From Thermoplasmatales archaeon (GTDB lineage: Archaea > Thermoplasmatota > E2 > DHVEG-1): DNA of 64,000 nt. Under the pieces are notes generated by a model. It did no database searches and had not been told where the DNA came from. It was given only the letters and a program-made list of their open reading frames with translations. Below are positions 26,803 to 36,147 of this stretch, one piece after another. Location: the NCBI GenBank assembly GCA_020343515.1, contig CP070798.1:5692-69691 (forward strand), given 5' to 3'. The position numbers were made by a program, and so were the translations under genes. Every line of letters begins with the position of its first letter. The first letter of the stretch is position 1.

Positions 26803-29034
26803 CTAGAATATTATTTTGTCAAGCAACGAATATAAATGGGAGAAATACTTTTCTAGGAATTCAAAAACTGGTTTGAACATTGGAAAATTTTGATATATCG
26901 GCATGCTAACAATCAGTGGATTTGACCAATCGCTTTCAGCTCTATGTTCATCTCTCGCCTTTACCTTAACATTGTATATGCCTAATCGAGACCACTCGTG
27001 TGATACATTGACTTCCTCGCCAGAGCTAAATGGGCCTAGCCAGTCACTAAATGAACCGTCTCCGAAATCCCATTTGTAATATATCAAGTCTCCATCTTGG
27101 TCGGTAGTTATCGTGTTAAAGCTGTATTCATTCCCAGTTGTTCCTTTTTTTACACCAGAAGGTTTTGTTGGCTTATCCGGTGGATGATTTTCGATATTGA
27201 AAAACGCAAGGGTTGGGTCACCAAACAGGCTTAACTGGTAGTAACACCACCTCATACAGGGGTAATTTATGCGAAACAGTATGTCTTCCTTAGAATCCTG
27301 GTTTGCTTTGCCAATCTCAGTTATGTTTTCACCAAATACAGCATCCCAAAATTCCCTGTGAAAACGTTGTGAAGGGCCATCAGTACTTCCTACAACGCCC
27401 CATCCATATCTGGCATTCATTATGACAGCAAAAGCAGCGTTGTCTGTCTTTACAGTAAAATACTCCGCGATACTATCATCCTCATAGTCGAAACCACCAG
27501 CCATACAGCCTTGAGAATATACGAAACAGAGTTCATCATTTTTTAGACCAGAAACATCACTATTGCCCATCTTCATATTGTATCCATAGGATGAATGTCC
27601 CAGATGATTTATAACGCGTGCACCATTGTTTATTCGATTCTTTATTTCTGATTTTGGCCAGTTTTTACCAGACCAATTCTTATCATACAATTTATCAAAT
27701 GAATATTTATTTGAAGGTATGCCCACGGTAGTATAACTATTGGCGCTGGATCCGTCAATAAGTTCATCCATGTAATCACCGCCCCAAGTATCTGGACCAG
27801 ACCATAGGTATTCACCTACCAATACCGTAGTTCCATCATCATAGCCACCAGTGTCCATATACGCTTTCGTCTTTTCAACAAAATTATCTACTTCTGTAGT
27901 ATCACCAACGCATGCCCTTCCAACATATACCTCAGAAATGAGATCGACATCTCCTTCGTCTTCACCATCATTTCTTTCACCCCATTGGTCATCACCGTCG
28001 CTGTTATATGGTCCATCTAAACATGCATAGTAGAGGTCAGAAGGCATAAAGGTTGATTGTCCGTTCCACCATGCCTGCACCCAAAGTTGTCGTACAGGGA
28101 TAATGTCATCATCCCCACCAATGAGAACATACTGCATTCCACTTTTTCTATATTCGCCTCGAATGAAATTTCTTATATTCTTTGGCGTAACCAAACCTGG
28201 TATTGGAGAGATATCTCTCAGCGTTTTAATCTTTGTTGCAATTCCATTGGCATCATGTGCATCCTTCAAGGGTTGAAAAGAATCCTTCAATTCATTGGTT
28301 GTAAGAATAAGTAAATCATATGCGCCAGGTGAAAGAGGATGTGCAATATTTTCAGTATACAACCGAACAGCTAAAGGATTGTCAACCTTTTTAGCAACTT
28401 CAATTTCATCTTTTTCCATGTTTCTGAACAACGGATTTCTTTGATTATTTTCAATAATTGTAACAGAAACTGTTATATCTGTAAAGTAATAGAGCGTGCC
28501 AGATTCTGGGATGTATTGAACAGGGTGTAGCAGTAAAACAAGGATTTCATATCCCCTAAAACTATGTGTTCCAACCTCAGTATATAGTGTATCTGGGTAT
28601 GGTTTACTGGGATGGCTAACCAATTCATTTAAAACAGTAGAGGCATCTGAATCAATGTCTGACAATGCAACAGGTTCTCTTACGAGTTCGACATTGTAGC
28701 CAGAACCTAAAAAAACCCTTTGACCAGGGGTGACTTCAATATCGGTAATTTCTGCCCCGGGATTGAGAAGTAGATTAACCCCATGCACTGGCAGTTTATA
28801 ATCCCCAGGATTACCATCTCCTGGAGAATTCTGTAGCAGTATCCTATCATAATTATAACCGTTAATTATCATTTGCTGTATGAGGGGTTTATCAAATGAA
28901 TATGTTTTTATAATTTTATTATAACTGTTATCACTTTCTGCTATAGCGAAAACAGAAAATGTGGTTACAAGTAAAACAATTGTTACAAATATGGTTTTAA
29001 AATATAGGATATTTTTTTTGATATTGTTTTTCAT
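26803..29034 (-). CDS. secreted peptidase C25 (gingipain-like cysteine peptidase) with a C-terminal PKD-like domain
   Basis: A signal peptide is present. NHLGHSSYG and YSQGCMAGGFD are candidate catalytic His and Cys motifs in C25 order. The YVLIGGDDDIIPV motif is present. The C-terminal region reads YYKWDFGDG...HEW...GIYNVKVKARD. Confidence 0.75.
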   Translation of the reverse strand: MKNNIKKNILYFKTIFVTIVLLVTTFSVFAIAESDNSYNKIIKTYSFDKPLIQQMIINGYNYDRILLQNSPGDGNPGDYKLPVHGVNLLLNPGAEITDIEVTPGQRVFLGSGYNVELVREPVALSDIDSDASTVLNELVSHPSKPYPDTLYTEVGTHSFRGYEILVLLLHPVQYIPESGTLYYFTDITVSVTIIENNQRNPLFRNMEKDEIEVAKKVDNPLAVRLYTENIAHPLSPGAYDLLILTTNELKDSFQPLKDAHDANGIATKIKTLRDISPIPGLVTPKNIRNFIRGEYRKSGMQYVLIGGDDDIIPVRQLWVQAWWNGQSTFMPSDLYYACLDGPYNSDGDDQWGERNDGEDEGDVDLISEVYVGRACVGDTTEVDNFVEKTKAYMDTGGYDDGTTVLVGEYLWSGPDTWGGDYMDELIDGSSANSYTTVGIPSNKYSFDKLYDKNWSGKNWPKSEIKNRINNGARVINHLGHSSYGYNMKMGNSDVSGLKNDELCFVYSQGCMAGGFDYEDDSIAEYFTVKTDNAAFAVIMNARYGWGVVGSTDGPSQRFHREFWDAVFGENITEIGKANQDSKEDILFRINYPCMRWCYYQLSLFGDPTLAFFNIENHPPDKPTKPSGVKKGTTGNEYSFNTITTDQDGDLIYYKWDFGDGSFSDWLGPFSSGEEVNVSHEWSRLGIYNVKVKARDEHRAESDWSNPLIVSMPIYQNFPMFKPVFEFLEKYFSHLYSLLDKIIF

Positions 29035-29203
29035 ATTATTCCCCTTGTAACTTAATTAACAAGCGTTAGTTTAAAAATTTATCCCTTAATAAATATATAT
29101 TATAGGCTTAAGGACATAAATATATTGATTGTTAAAGAAGAATGGTTAAAAATTGAAGTGAAGTGCAAAAACCCTTTAAATATACTACCGTTTTCCACAC
29201 TGT

Positions 29204-30961
29204 ATGAAGTACCCTTTGGATGAGTTTAAAAATGAAATTATATTAAATTTAAAGAAAACTTTATTTAAATATAAATGTGAAATCAGGTTGGAAATACCTG
29301 CAGAGAATATGGGAGATTTTGCGTTTCCTTGTTTTTCTCTAGCGCCACAGGCAAAAAAATCGCCAAATGAAATATCAAAGGACGCAGCAGACAAAATAGA
29401 AAAAAGTAAGTGGATTGCCAAAGCAGAGGCAAAAGGGGGATATATAAATTTTTTTGTCGATGATAAACATCTAATTTCTTCAACGTTAACCTCGATATTT
29501 AAGTTGAATGAAAAATATGGTCAATTACAAAAAAAGGATAAAAAAGCTATCATTGAACACACATCGGCAAACCCTAACGGCCCCTTACACGTAGGAAGAG
29601 CAAGAAATCCAATTATTGGCGATACGATTGTTCGAATTTTCAAGGCTGCTGGCTACAATGTTGAGTCGCAGTTCTATCTTGATGATATGGGTAAACAAGT
29701 AGCAATTCTTGTGTGGGGTATTAATAACGAAGATAAAATTTCCAAAGATATTAATAATTATTATCCTCCGGGTTCTGCATATGTATCATCCAAAAAAAAT
29801 AATGCTGATCATCAAAGAGTTGTGTTCTATCAAGTATCCAGCAACCTTATGCAAAGAGATGACAAGGTAGCAAATGAAATAGGAGAGATAGTTAAAAGAA
29901 GTGAATGTGGAGAACATGAAGTTATAAATCTAATTCACAAGGCATATAGCCCTGTTTTGGAAGGAATAAAAGAAAGCCTGAATCGTATTAATATAACTGT
30001 GGACAAATATGTTCCTGAATCTAATTTTGTTAAAGATAAAAGTGTTAATTCTGTTGTGGAAAAACTAAAGAAATCTAAATATTGTAGTAAAGAAGAAGGC
30101 GCTTTTTACTTAGACATGGAGCCTTTTGGCATTCAAGGTAGAAATACAAAATTTGTCTTTGTCAGAAAAGATGGTACAACCCTTTATGCAACCAGAGACA
30201 TAGCATATCATCTCTGGAAAGCAAAACATGCTGATTTACTTGTAAACATACTTGGTGAAGATCATAAACTTGAATCAAAACAAGTCGAAATAGCCCTTAA
30301 TCTCATGGGAGCTAAGATTATTCCAAAAGTGATATTTTACTCATTTGTATCTCTTCCAGATGGCAAAATGTCCACCAGACGTGGAAGAGTAATATATCTC
30401 GATGATCTCATCGATGAATGTGTTAAACGAGCATATGACGAAGTAGAGAAAAGAAGAGGAAAAGAACTTTCTAAAAAAAAGATGAGGGAAATAGCAGAGA
30501 CAGTTGGGATAGGTGCTTTACGATACAATATCATTAAGGTTCAACCAGAAAAAGACATCGTTTTCAAATGGGAAGAAGCGTTGAATTTTGAAGGAAACGC
30601 AGTACCATTTATCCAGTATGCACATGCACGTGCCTGCGGCATACTCTCAAAAACTATAAATAAGAAAAGAGAGTTTGATTCAAATACTTTAAAACATGAC
30701 TCAGAGGTTAAACTAGTAAAACAACTCGCGAAATTTCCACTATTCATTGAAGAAGCAAGCAGCGGGTATAAACCCCACATAATTGCAAGTTATCTCTATG
30801 AAACTGCATCAAAGTTCAACCAGTTCTACAGAGATTGCCCAGTCCTTTCAGAAAAAAATACTATGCTTAGAAGATCGAGAATAGCCGTCGTAGATGCAAC
30901 AAGAATCGTTCTCAAGAATGCTCTTCAGTTGTTAGGAATCTCTGCACCTGAGGAAATGTAA
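29204..30961 (+). CDS. argS: arginine--tRNA ligase
   Basis: HTSANPNGPLHVGRARN is the HIGH region and MSTRRG is the KMSKS-like motif. A C-terminal DALR anticodon-binding region is present. Confidence 0.92.
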   Translation: MKYPLDEFKNEIILNLKKTLFKYKCEIRLEIPAENMGDFAFPCFSLAPQAKKSPNEISKDAADKIEKSKWIAKAEAKGGYINFFVDDKHLISSTLTSIFKLNEKYGQLQKKDKKAIIEHTSANPNGPLHVGRARNPIIGDTIVRIFKAAGYNVESQFYLDDMGKQVAILVWGINNEDKISKDINNYYPPGSAYVSSKKNNADHQRVVFYQVSSNLMQRDDKVANEIGEIVKRSECGEHEVINLIHKAYSPVLEGIKESLNRINITVDKYVPESNFVKDKSVNSVVEKLKKSKYCSKEEGAFYLDMEPFGIQGRNTKFVFVRKDGTTLYATRDIAYHLWKAKHADLLVNILGEDHKLESKQVEIALNLMGAKIIPKVIFYSFVSLPDGKMSTRRGRVIYLDDLIDECVKRAYDEVEKRRGKELSKKKMREIAETVGIGALRYNIIKVQPEKDIVFKWEEALNFEGNAVPFIQYAHARACGILSKTINKKREFDSNTLKHDSEVKLVKQLAKFPLFIEEASSGYKPHIIASYLYETASKFNQFYRDCPVLSEKNTMLRRSRIAVVDATRIVLKNALQLLGISAPEEM

Positions 30962-31755
30962 TGGAGTATAGACCGATTACCTGCAACTCTTTAGTAAAAA
31001 AAATTACAAAAACAGATCCGCTTTTTAAGGGAATGTATTGTGTTGATCCATATCAAAACTGCGAATTTGGATGCCTGTACTGCGACTCATCTTTTGGCAA
31101 AACCATATATGTGAAGACAAACGCTAATGCAATACTTAATAAAGAAATAGAAAACTTAGAAAAAGGAGTTATTGTAATTGGTTCAGTTCACGATCCCTAT
31201 CAAAAGTCTGAGGGGAAATATGAGATCACAAAAAACTTATTGAAAACCATTAAAAAGTACCATTTTCCTTGTCATATACTTACAAAATCTACACTTGTTT
31301 TGAGGGATATCAATCTTTTAACGGACATGCAGTGTTTGGTAACGATAAGTATAGTATCTCTAGATGCAAATATTTCACATGTTTTTGAAAAAAATGTACC
31401 TTCACCTAAAGAGCGGTTACAAACAGTAAAAATTCTTACAGAACATGGAATTAAAACAGGTGTTGCATTGATACCTGTACTACCATTCTTGGTTGAATCT
31501 GAATTAGAGGACATTGTTCATATGGCGAGTAGTTTTAACGCACAATATCTGTTACATAAATATTTGGAATTGAAAGGAGAGCAAAAAAAAGCGTTCAGGA
31601 ATGTTATACAAAACCATTATCTACATCTTTTGTCCAACCTTGATGAGCTATACAAAGACGATTTTAAACCCGGTGAAAATTACGTAGCAACGTTAGATCA
31701 GAGAATGTACAGGCTTTGTAAAAAATATAAAATACCTGGAAAAATTGTACTATAA
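30961..31755 (+). CDS. radical SAM protein (SplB/COG1533-like)
   Basis: CEFGCLYCDS is a CxxxCxxC cluster motif. The start overlaps the argS stop (TAATG). Confidence 0.7.
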   Translation: MEYRPITCNSLVKKITKTDPLFKGMYCVDPYQNCEFGCLYCDSSFGKTIYVKTNANAILNKEIENLEKGVIVIGSVHDPYQKSEGKYEITKNLLKTIKKYHFPCHILTKSTLVLRDINLLTDMQCLVTISIVSLDANISHVFEKNVPSPKERLQTVKILTEHGIKTGVALIPVLPFLVESELEDIVHMASSFNAQYLLHKYLELKGEQKKAFRNVIQNHYLHLLSNLDELYKDDFKPGENYVATLDQRMYRLCKKYKIPGKIVL

Positions 31756-31817
31756 ATGCGTTTTTCTCTAATAAGATTTTCAATTTAACTTTTAGATTCG
31801 GTTGTTGAAACTCTAGG

Positions 31818-32342
31818 TTATTTTTTGGTTTTGATTTTTTGTTTTAAGACTTTGTTAATAATGCTTTTTTCATCTGCTTCAACCGCAAATTCTTCAGTCT
31901 GATCTCCTTTTTCTCTTTTTAGCACTTCATCAATAGTTTTGTCATTTGCCTGAACAAATACTGTTTCTTTAGTTTCTCTAGGAGTATAAGCAGTTGGATT
32001 CTCTTCAATATCTTCCCCGGTTTCATTTGGTTCAACATCGGTTCTTTTTGATTCGGTTTCGACAACAGATGGTTCTTCTATCTTTTTTTGTGAACGAAAA
32101 TGTGTTTCGTAATTTTTAATTGTGCTGTCATGGCTGTGTTGAGGGGTTTTACGGTTTGATATCATCTCAAACGTTTCTACAATGAAATCCAGTTCTTCAA
32201 GTGTTGGAGACCAATTTACACTATCATTCTCCGTTGAGAAATTTGGTGCGTTTTTGTCAAAATAGATGCCCAGTGTCAAGCCTCCAGACTGATGATCCTT
32301 TTCTATCTGAAGCTTTACAAATATATTATCATTTTTTTCCAT
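31818..32342 (-). CDS. hypothetical protein with an acidic, low-complexity C-terminal half
   Basis: The ORF is 174 aa and I recognised no motif. It is divergent from the response-regulator gene. Confidence 0.45.
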   Translation of the reverse strand: MEKNDNIFVKLQIEKDHQSGGLTLGIYFDKNAPNFSTENDSVNWSPTLEELDFIVETFEMISNRKTPQHSHDSTIKNYETHFRSQKKIEEPSVVETESKRTDVEPNETGEDIEENPTAYTPRETKETVFVQANDKTIDEVLKREKGDQTEEFAVEADEKSIINKVLKQKIKTKK

Positions 32343-32503
32343 TGCAATCCCATCACACTAGAAAAACAACATCTTTTACTAGGACTTATACTTTTCCCAT
32401 ATTTATACTAATGATTTTAGTAAAAGATTTGCCCAGAACGGTAAATTTAAAACAAGGAATAGAATATTTTTAAAAAACTACTATATACTGCTACGCTATA
32501 TAG

Positions 32504-32890
32504 ATGGCGAAAAAGGATGAGGAGAACATGAAGAAGATAATGGTTGTCGATAATGAGCCAGATATAGTTGATCTCACAAGAACTGTTCTAGAACTCGGCG
32601 GCTATAATGTCATACCATCATATAGTGGTGAAGAATGCCTTAGAAAACTTGAGAAAGAAACAGTTGACTTGGTCCTTTTAGATATTATGATGCCGGGAAT
32701 GAGCGGATGGGATGTCTTCAATCGCATTAAAAAGAAGAGAAGTGATATAAAAGTAGCTTTTATGAGTGTACTGGAGATATCGGATAAGAGAAAACAAGTA
32801 CTTTTAGATGAAGGGCTGTCAGATTATATAATGAAACCATTTGATAAGGAGACGCTGCTGAAAAAAGTAGACGACATATTAAAAGATTAG
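32504..32890 (+). CDS. stand-alone response regulator receiver (CheY-like)
   Basis: VVDNEPDI, LLDIMMPGMSGWDV (phospho-acceptor Asp) and the conserved KPF Lys are present. There is no output domain. Confidence 0.85.
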   Translation: MAKKDEENMKKIMVVDNEPDIVDLTRTVLELGGYNVIPSYSGEECLRKLEKETVDLVLLDIMMPGMSGWDVFNRIKKKRSDIKVAFMSVLEISDKRKQVLLDEGLSDYIMKPFDKETLLKKVDDILKD

Positions 32891-33015
32891 ATTTATTAAA
32901 TGGTTAAAACATAAAAGATTTGCAATATGATGGGATGCCGAATATTGGATGGGAACTGTAGAATCTATGTGAGAATATCTATAAATAATTTTAAACTCCC
33001 TTGGAGAAGATATCG

Positions 33016-35034
33016 ATGAAGGAAGAGCCTGAAATCGTAAAAATATTGAAAAAAGAAGAAAAACTAGGGAAACTTCCAAGAAAGTCGCCATTTAGTTTTG
33101 AAAATCTTCAAATTTATGAAGGGTCGGCAGGTCATGTATCTGATAAGACAACCATGGTTTTCAAAGATGATTTTGGCACAAAGACAGATCATGATAAACG
33201 GGTTTTAACTGCTTTTGAAGATGAAGAACTTTACCGTACATTAGTCGAAAACGTATTGGAAGGCATCTTGATTCTTGATTTTAAGGGAAACGTTCTTTTT
33301 GCTAATCCTGCAGTTGCTAATATGCTTGGATTTAAATCTGTTCACGAAGTTATTGGCAAAAACGTGTTGAGTTTTGTTGACCCTAAGTTTCATAAAAAGG
33401 TAATTAAAAACCAAGATTTAGTGAGGGTGGGGAAAGAGGCATTCTTAGACACCTATCAGGTAACAACGGCCGATGGAAGAAAAATATGGGTTGAAGGCCT
33501 AGGTACGAAAATCTTATACATGAGCGAAACTGCGAATGTGGTGTACATCCGTGATATCACCGAACGTAAAGAGATAGAAGAATCTTTGCGGGCATCTGAA
33601 GAGAGATTTAAACAACTGTATGACAAGGCTCCTATCCCATATCATGCGTTGTCGCCAACTGGTATAATTACAAATGTCAATGAAAAATGGTGTAATACAT
33701 TAAAATATACAAAAGAAGAAGTTACAGGTAAATCAATTTTTGACTTTGTTATTAAAAGCGAGAAGGGGTTAGCTAAAGCCTCGTTTGAGAAAAAAATAAT
33801 AGAGAAAAAACCTTACACCGGAGGACATGAAAGAACATATGTCGCCAAAAATGGAGAAGAGCGGATATTTATCATACATGATTATTTTTCTTTTGATGAA
33901 AGTAAAAATGTTAGATCTGTGCATACAACAATGGAAGATATTACCCAGCGTCGGCAAGTATGGGACAAGATGGTGAAATCGGAAGAAAAGTATCGTGTGC
34001 TAGCAGAGACATCTGCCGATGGTGTTCTTACTACCGATGTACTTGGTCGTTTAACCTATGTGAATCCGTCTCTGGAAAAAATTTTGGGGAGAAGAAAAAG
34101 CAAAACATTGGCAACTCCCTTTAGAAATTATCTCTCTGAATCGACTGTGTATCTCTTTCAGCAGGCATTCCTTGATGTCAGGAAAAAGGGCAGGAAAATG
34201 GAAAACATGGGCTTGGATGTGATCCACAAGGATAGATATGAAATTCCAGTTGAGGCAAACATTGCTCCCTTGAAAAAAGATGGTAAGTTTATAGGTATTG
34301 AATGTACGGTTAGGGATGTATCAGAGCGGAAAAGGATAGAACGAGAGTTGAAACGATCTGAAAAGCTGAGGACCGAGTTTATGAACATCGCAGCACATGA
34401 ATTGAAATCCCCAATAACACCGATAAAAGGCTATTTAGAACTGATTGAATCAGACAAAAACGCTAGTGAAAAAATTAAGAACTGGGCACGAATCGGGATG
34501 AGAAATGCTGAACGGCTAATGTGCTTGGTAAACGATATTTTAGATGTGTCGAGACTTGATACAAACACGATGAGATTTAACATGGAAAAATGTGATCTGG
34601 GAGAAATACTTGATTCCGCAATAGAAGACATAAAACCTGATATAGAAAACAAGAATTTGAGATTTATCAAGGAAATGCCAGATAATCTTCCAAAAATAGT
34701 CTGTGACAACCATCGTTTGTCACAGGTTTTAAAGAATCTTTTAGGAAATGCTATTAAATTTACTGATTATGGAGCGATTACGCTTCGGGCTGAGGAAAAA
34801 GAGGGGGACCTTTTCATCTATGTTCAAGATACGGGTATTGGTATTTCAAGTGATGAAACGAAAAAGATTTTTACAAAGTTTTACCAAGCATATACAGGTG
34901 AAGACCGGAAGAATGAGGGAACAGGCCTTGGTTTATTTATATGCAAAGAGATAGTCAAGAAACACAACGGCGAGATTTGGGCGGAAAGCAAGGTAGGAAA
35001 AGGAAGTAAATTCACTATAAAACTGCCCCTCTAA
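33016..35034 (+). CDS. cytoplasmic multi-PAS sensor histidine kinase
   Basis: Three PAS-like repeats each end in RDITERK/EDITQRR/RDVSERK. The H-box is AAHELKSPITPI, the N-box is LGNAIKFT and the G-boxes are DTGIGI and GTGLGLFICK. No TM segment is present. Confidence 0.88.
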   Translation: MKEEPEIVKILKKEEKLGKLPRKSPFSFENLQIYEGSAGHVSDKTTMVFKDDFGTKTDHDKRVLTAFEDEELYRTLVENVLEGILILDFKGNVLFANPAVANMLGFKSVHEVIGKNVLSFVDPKFHKKVIKNQDLVRVGKEAFLDTYQVTTADGRKIWVEGLGTKILYMSETANVVYIRDITERKEIEESLRASEERFKQLYDKAPIPYHALSPTGIITNVNEKWCNTLKYTKEEVTGKSIFDFVIKSEKGLAKASFEKKIIEKKPYTGGHERTYVAKNGEERIFIIHDYFSFDESKNVRSVHTTMEDITQRRQVWDKMVKSEEKYRVLAETSADGVLTTDVLGRLTYVNPSLEKILGRRKSKTLATPFRNYLSESTVYLFQQAFLDVRKKGRKMENMGLDVIHKDRYEIPVEANIAPLKKDGKFIGIECTVRDVSERKRIERELKRSEKLRTEFMNIAAHELKSPITPIKGYLELIESDKNASEKIKNWARIGMRNAERLMCLVNDILDVSRLDTNTMRFNMEKCDLGEILDSAIEDIKPDIENKNLRFIKEMPDNLPKIVCDNHRLSQVLKNLLGNAIKFTDYGAITLRAEEKEGDLFIYVQDTGIGISSDETKKIFTKFYQAYTGEDRKNEGTGLGLFICKEIVKKHNGEIWAESKVGKGSKFTIKLPL

Positions 35035-35113
35035 ACTTTCTGTAATCCTAGGTTTTAAAATATAGCTATCTTTCAATTATCTAACTGGCAAAAAATTGCA
35101 AGGGGATGTTTGG

Positions 35114-35656
35114 CTATAAAGATGTTTTATAAAAACCAATGACTATACCAGGGTTTCCTTCGATTGTTAACGCCAGCATCTGTTTCGCTATTATTTCTTC
35201 ACCAGAAGAGAAGCTTCCAAAGCTTAAAGGACTAAAACTTAGATAAAATAGATTTTGCGCTTTAAATTTAATAAAATCGTCCAGTTGGCTAATGTTAGTT
35301 ACATAGCCAAAGAAAAATGTATGGTTTAACTGTGGTTCATCTTCAATTTTTATAAGCCAAGCGTTTTTCCCTTCTGCTCCATAGGACTTTGTATATCCAG
35401 TTATAATATATCCATCGTCAATGTCTGGCAGAACTGATGTACTCACATCATCATTTGATCTCACTAAGGTTTTATTCCAGAGCTTGTATAGAGTAAACCT
35501 AAAAAAAATCTCCTGTATTGAATTGTTTTTAATCTGAATATCATAATTGTTTAGTTTTTCAGCTAGATTTCCACCTATACATGGTGTAGCGCCCATAGTA
35601 ATAAACAATACTATTACGGCAACCGCAATTCCTTTCTTAAGTAAGGGTTTTTGCAT
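35114..35656 (-). CDS. secreted hypothetical protein
   Basis: An N-terminal signal or TM segment (MQKPLLKKGIAVAVIVLFITMGA) is present. The gene is preceded by the duplicated promoter/ribosome-binding-site block. Confidence 0.6.
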   Translation of the reverse strand: MQKPLLKKGIAVAVIVLFITMGATPCIGGNLAEKLNNYDIQIKNNSIQEIFFRFTLYKLWNKTLVRSNDDVSTSVLPDIDDGYIITGYTKSYGAEGKNAWLIKIEDEPQLNHTFFFGYVTNISQLDDFIKFKAQNLFYLSFSPLSFGSFSSGEEIIAKQMLALTIEGNPGIVIGFYKTSL

Positions 35657-35661
35657 AAAGA

Positions 35662-35740
35662 CCTCCCCAGTTATTACATATATCTATAGATGCTTGGGTA
35701 TATAAATGTTTATTACACAGAAACGGATTTTTTCAGATAG
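35662..35740 (-). repeat. copy 1 of a duplicated promoter/5'UTR block (72 bp identical to 39618-39689)
   Basis: Manual alignment shows cctccccagttattacatatatctatagatgcttgggtatataaatgtttattacacagaaacggatttttt identical in both copies. Read on the minus strand, it contains a TTTATATA TATA box about 45 nt upstream of the ATG and a GGGGAGG ribosome-binding site. Confidence 0.85.
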
Positions 35741-36147
35741 GAAATAATCCTGAAGAGATTCAGATATATCTTAACAATGTGTTAGAAGACTTTTTGACAA
35801 ATGGTTGGACTAGTGATGATAGAGCTATTTGTTTTCTATTATTTGGACTTTTTATTTATGCCTACATTCTATATTTTATTCTATATGTCCATATTCGCAT
35901 AGGCATTCATTCAATTTATTATAGGGTTATTAATACTTGTTTTGTTCCTACTTGTGGTCTTCGTTGTATAGTTACTTCCTCATGCACTGGAAATAATTTC
36001 AAGAATTGGCGTTGACAGTTTTATCTTATTTTTATCACAGATTCTTCTGGCTAAAAACACCACTTCTAATAGCCTCAGATTTTATAAGCAAAGCCATAAA
36101 TAACTAGAATATCTATAGGAGAAATATGGTATATGGCAAAACAGGAT

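Noticed and set aside
32201-32473. 90-aa plus-strand ORF spanning the 5' end of the 31818-32342 gene and the spacer before the response regulator.
   Set aside because: It mostly overlaps the opposite-strand ORF, has no ribosome-binding site and no motif. The spacer more plausibly holds divergent promoters.
35779-36015. 78-aa ORF in the 400-bp spacer between the duplicated promoter block and cca.
   Set aside because: It has a GTG start with no ribosome-binding site, an odd Tyr/Ile/Phe-rich composition and no recognisable motif. It may be non-coding spacer. Only conservation data could rescue it.
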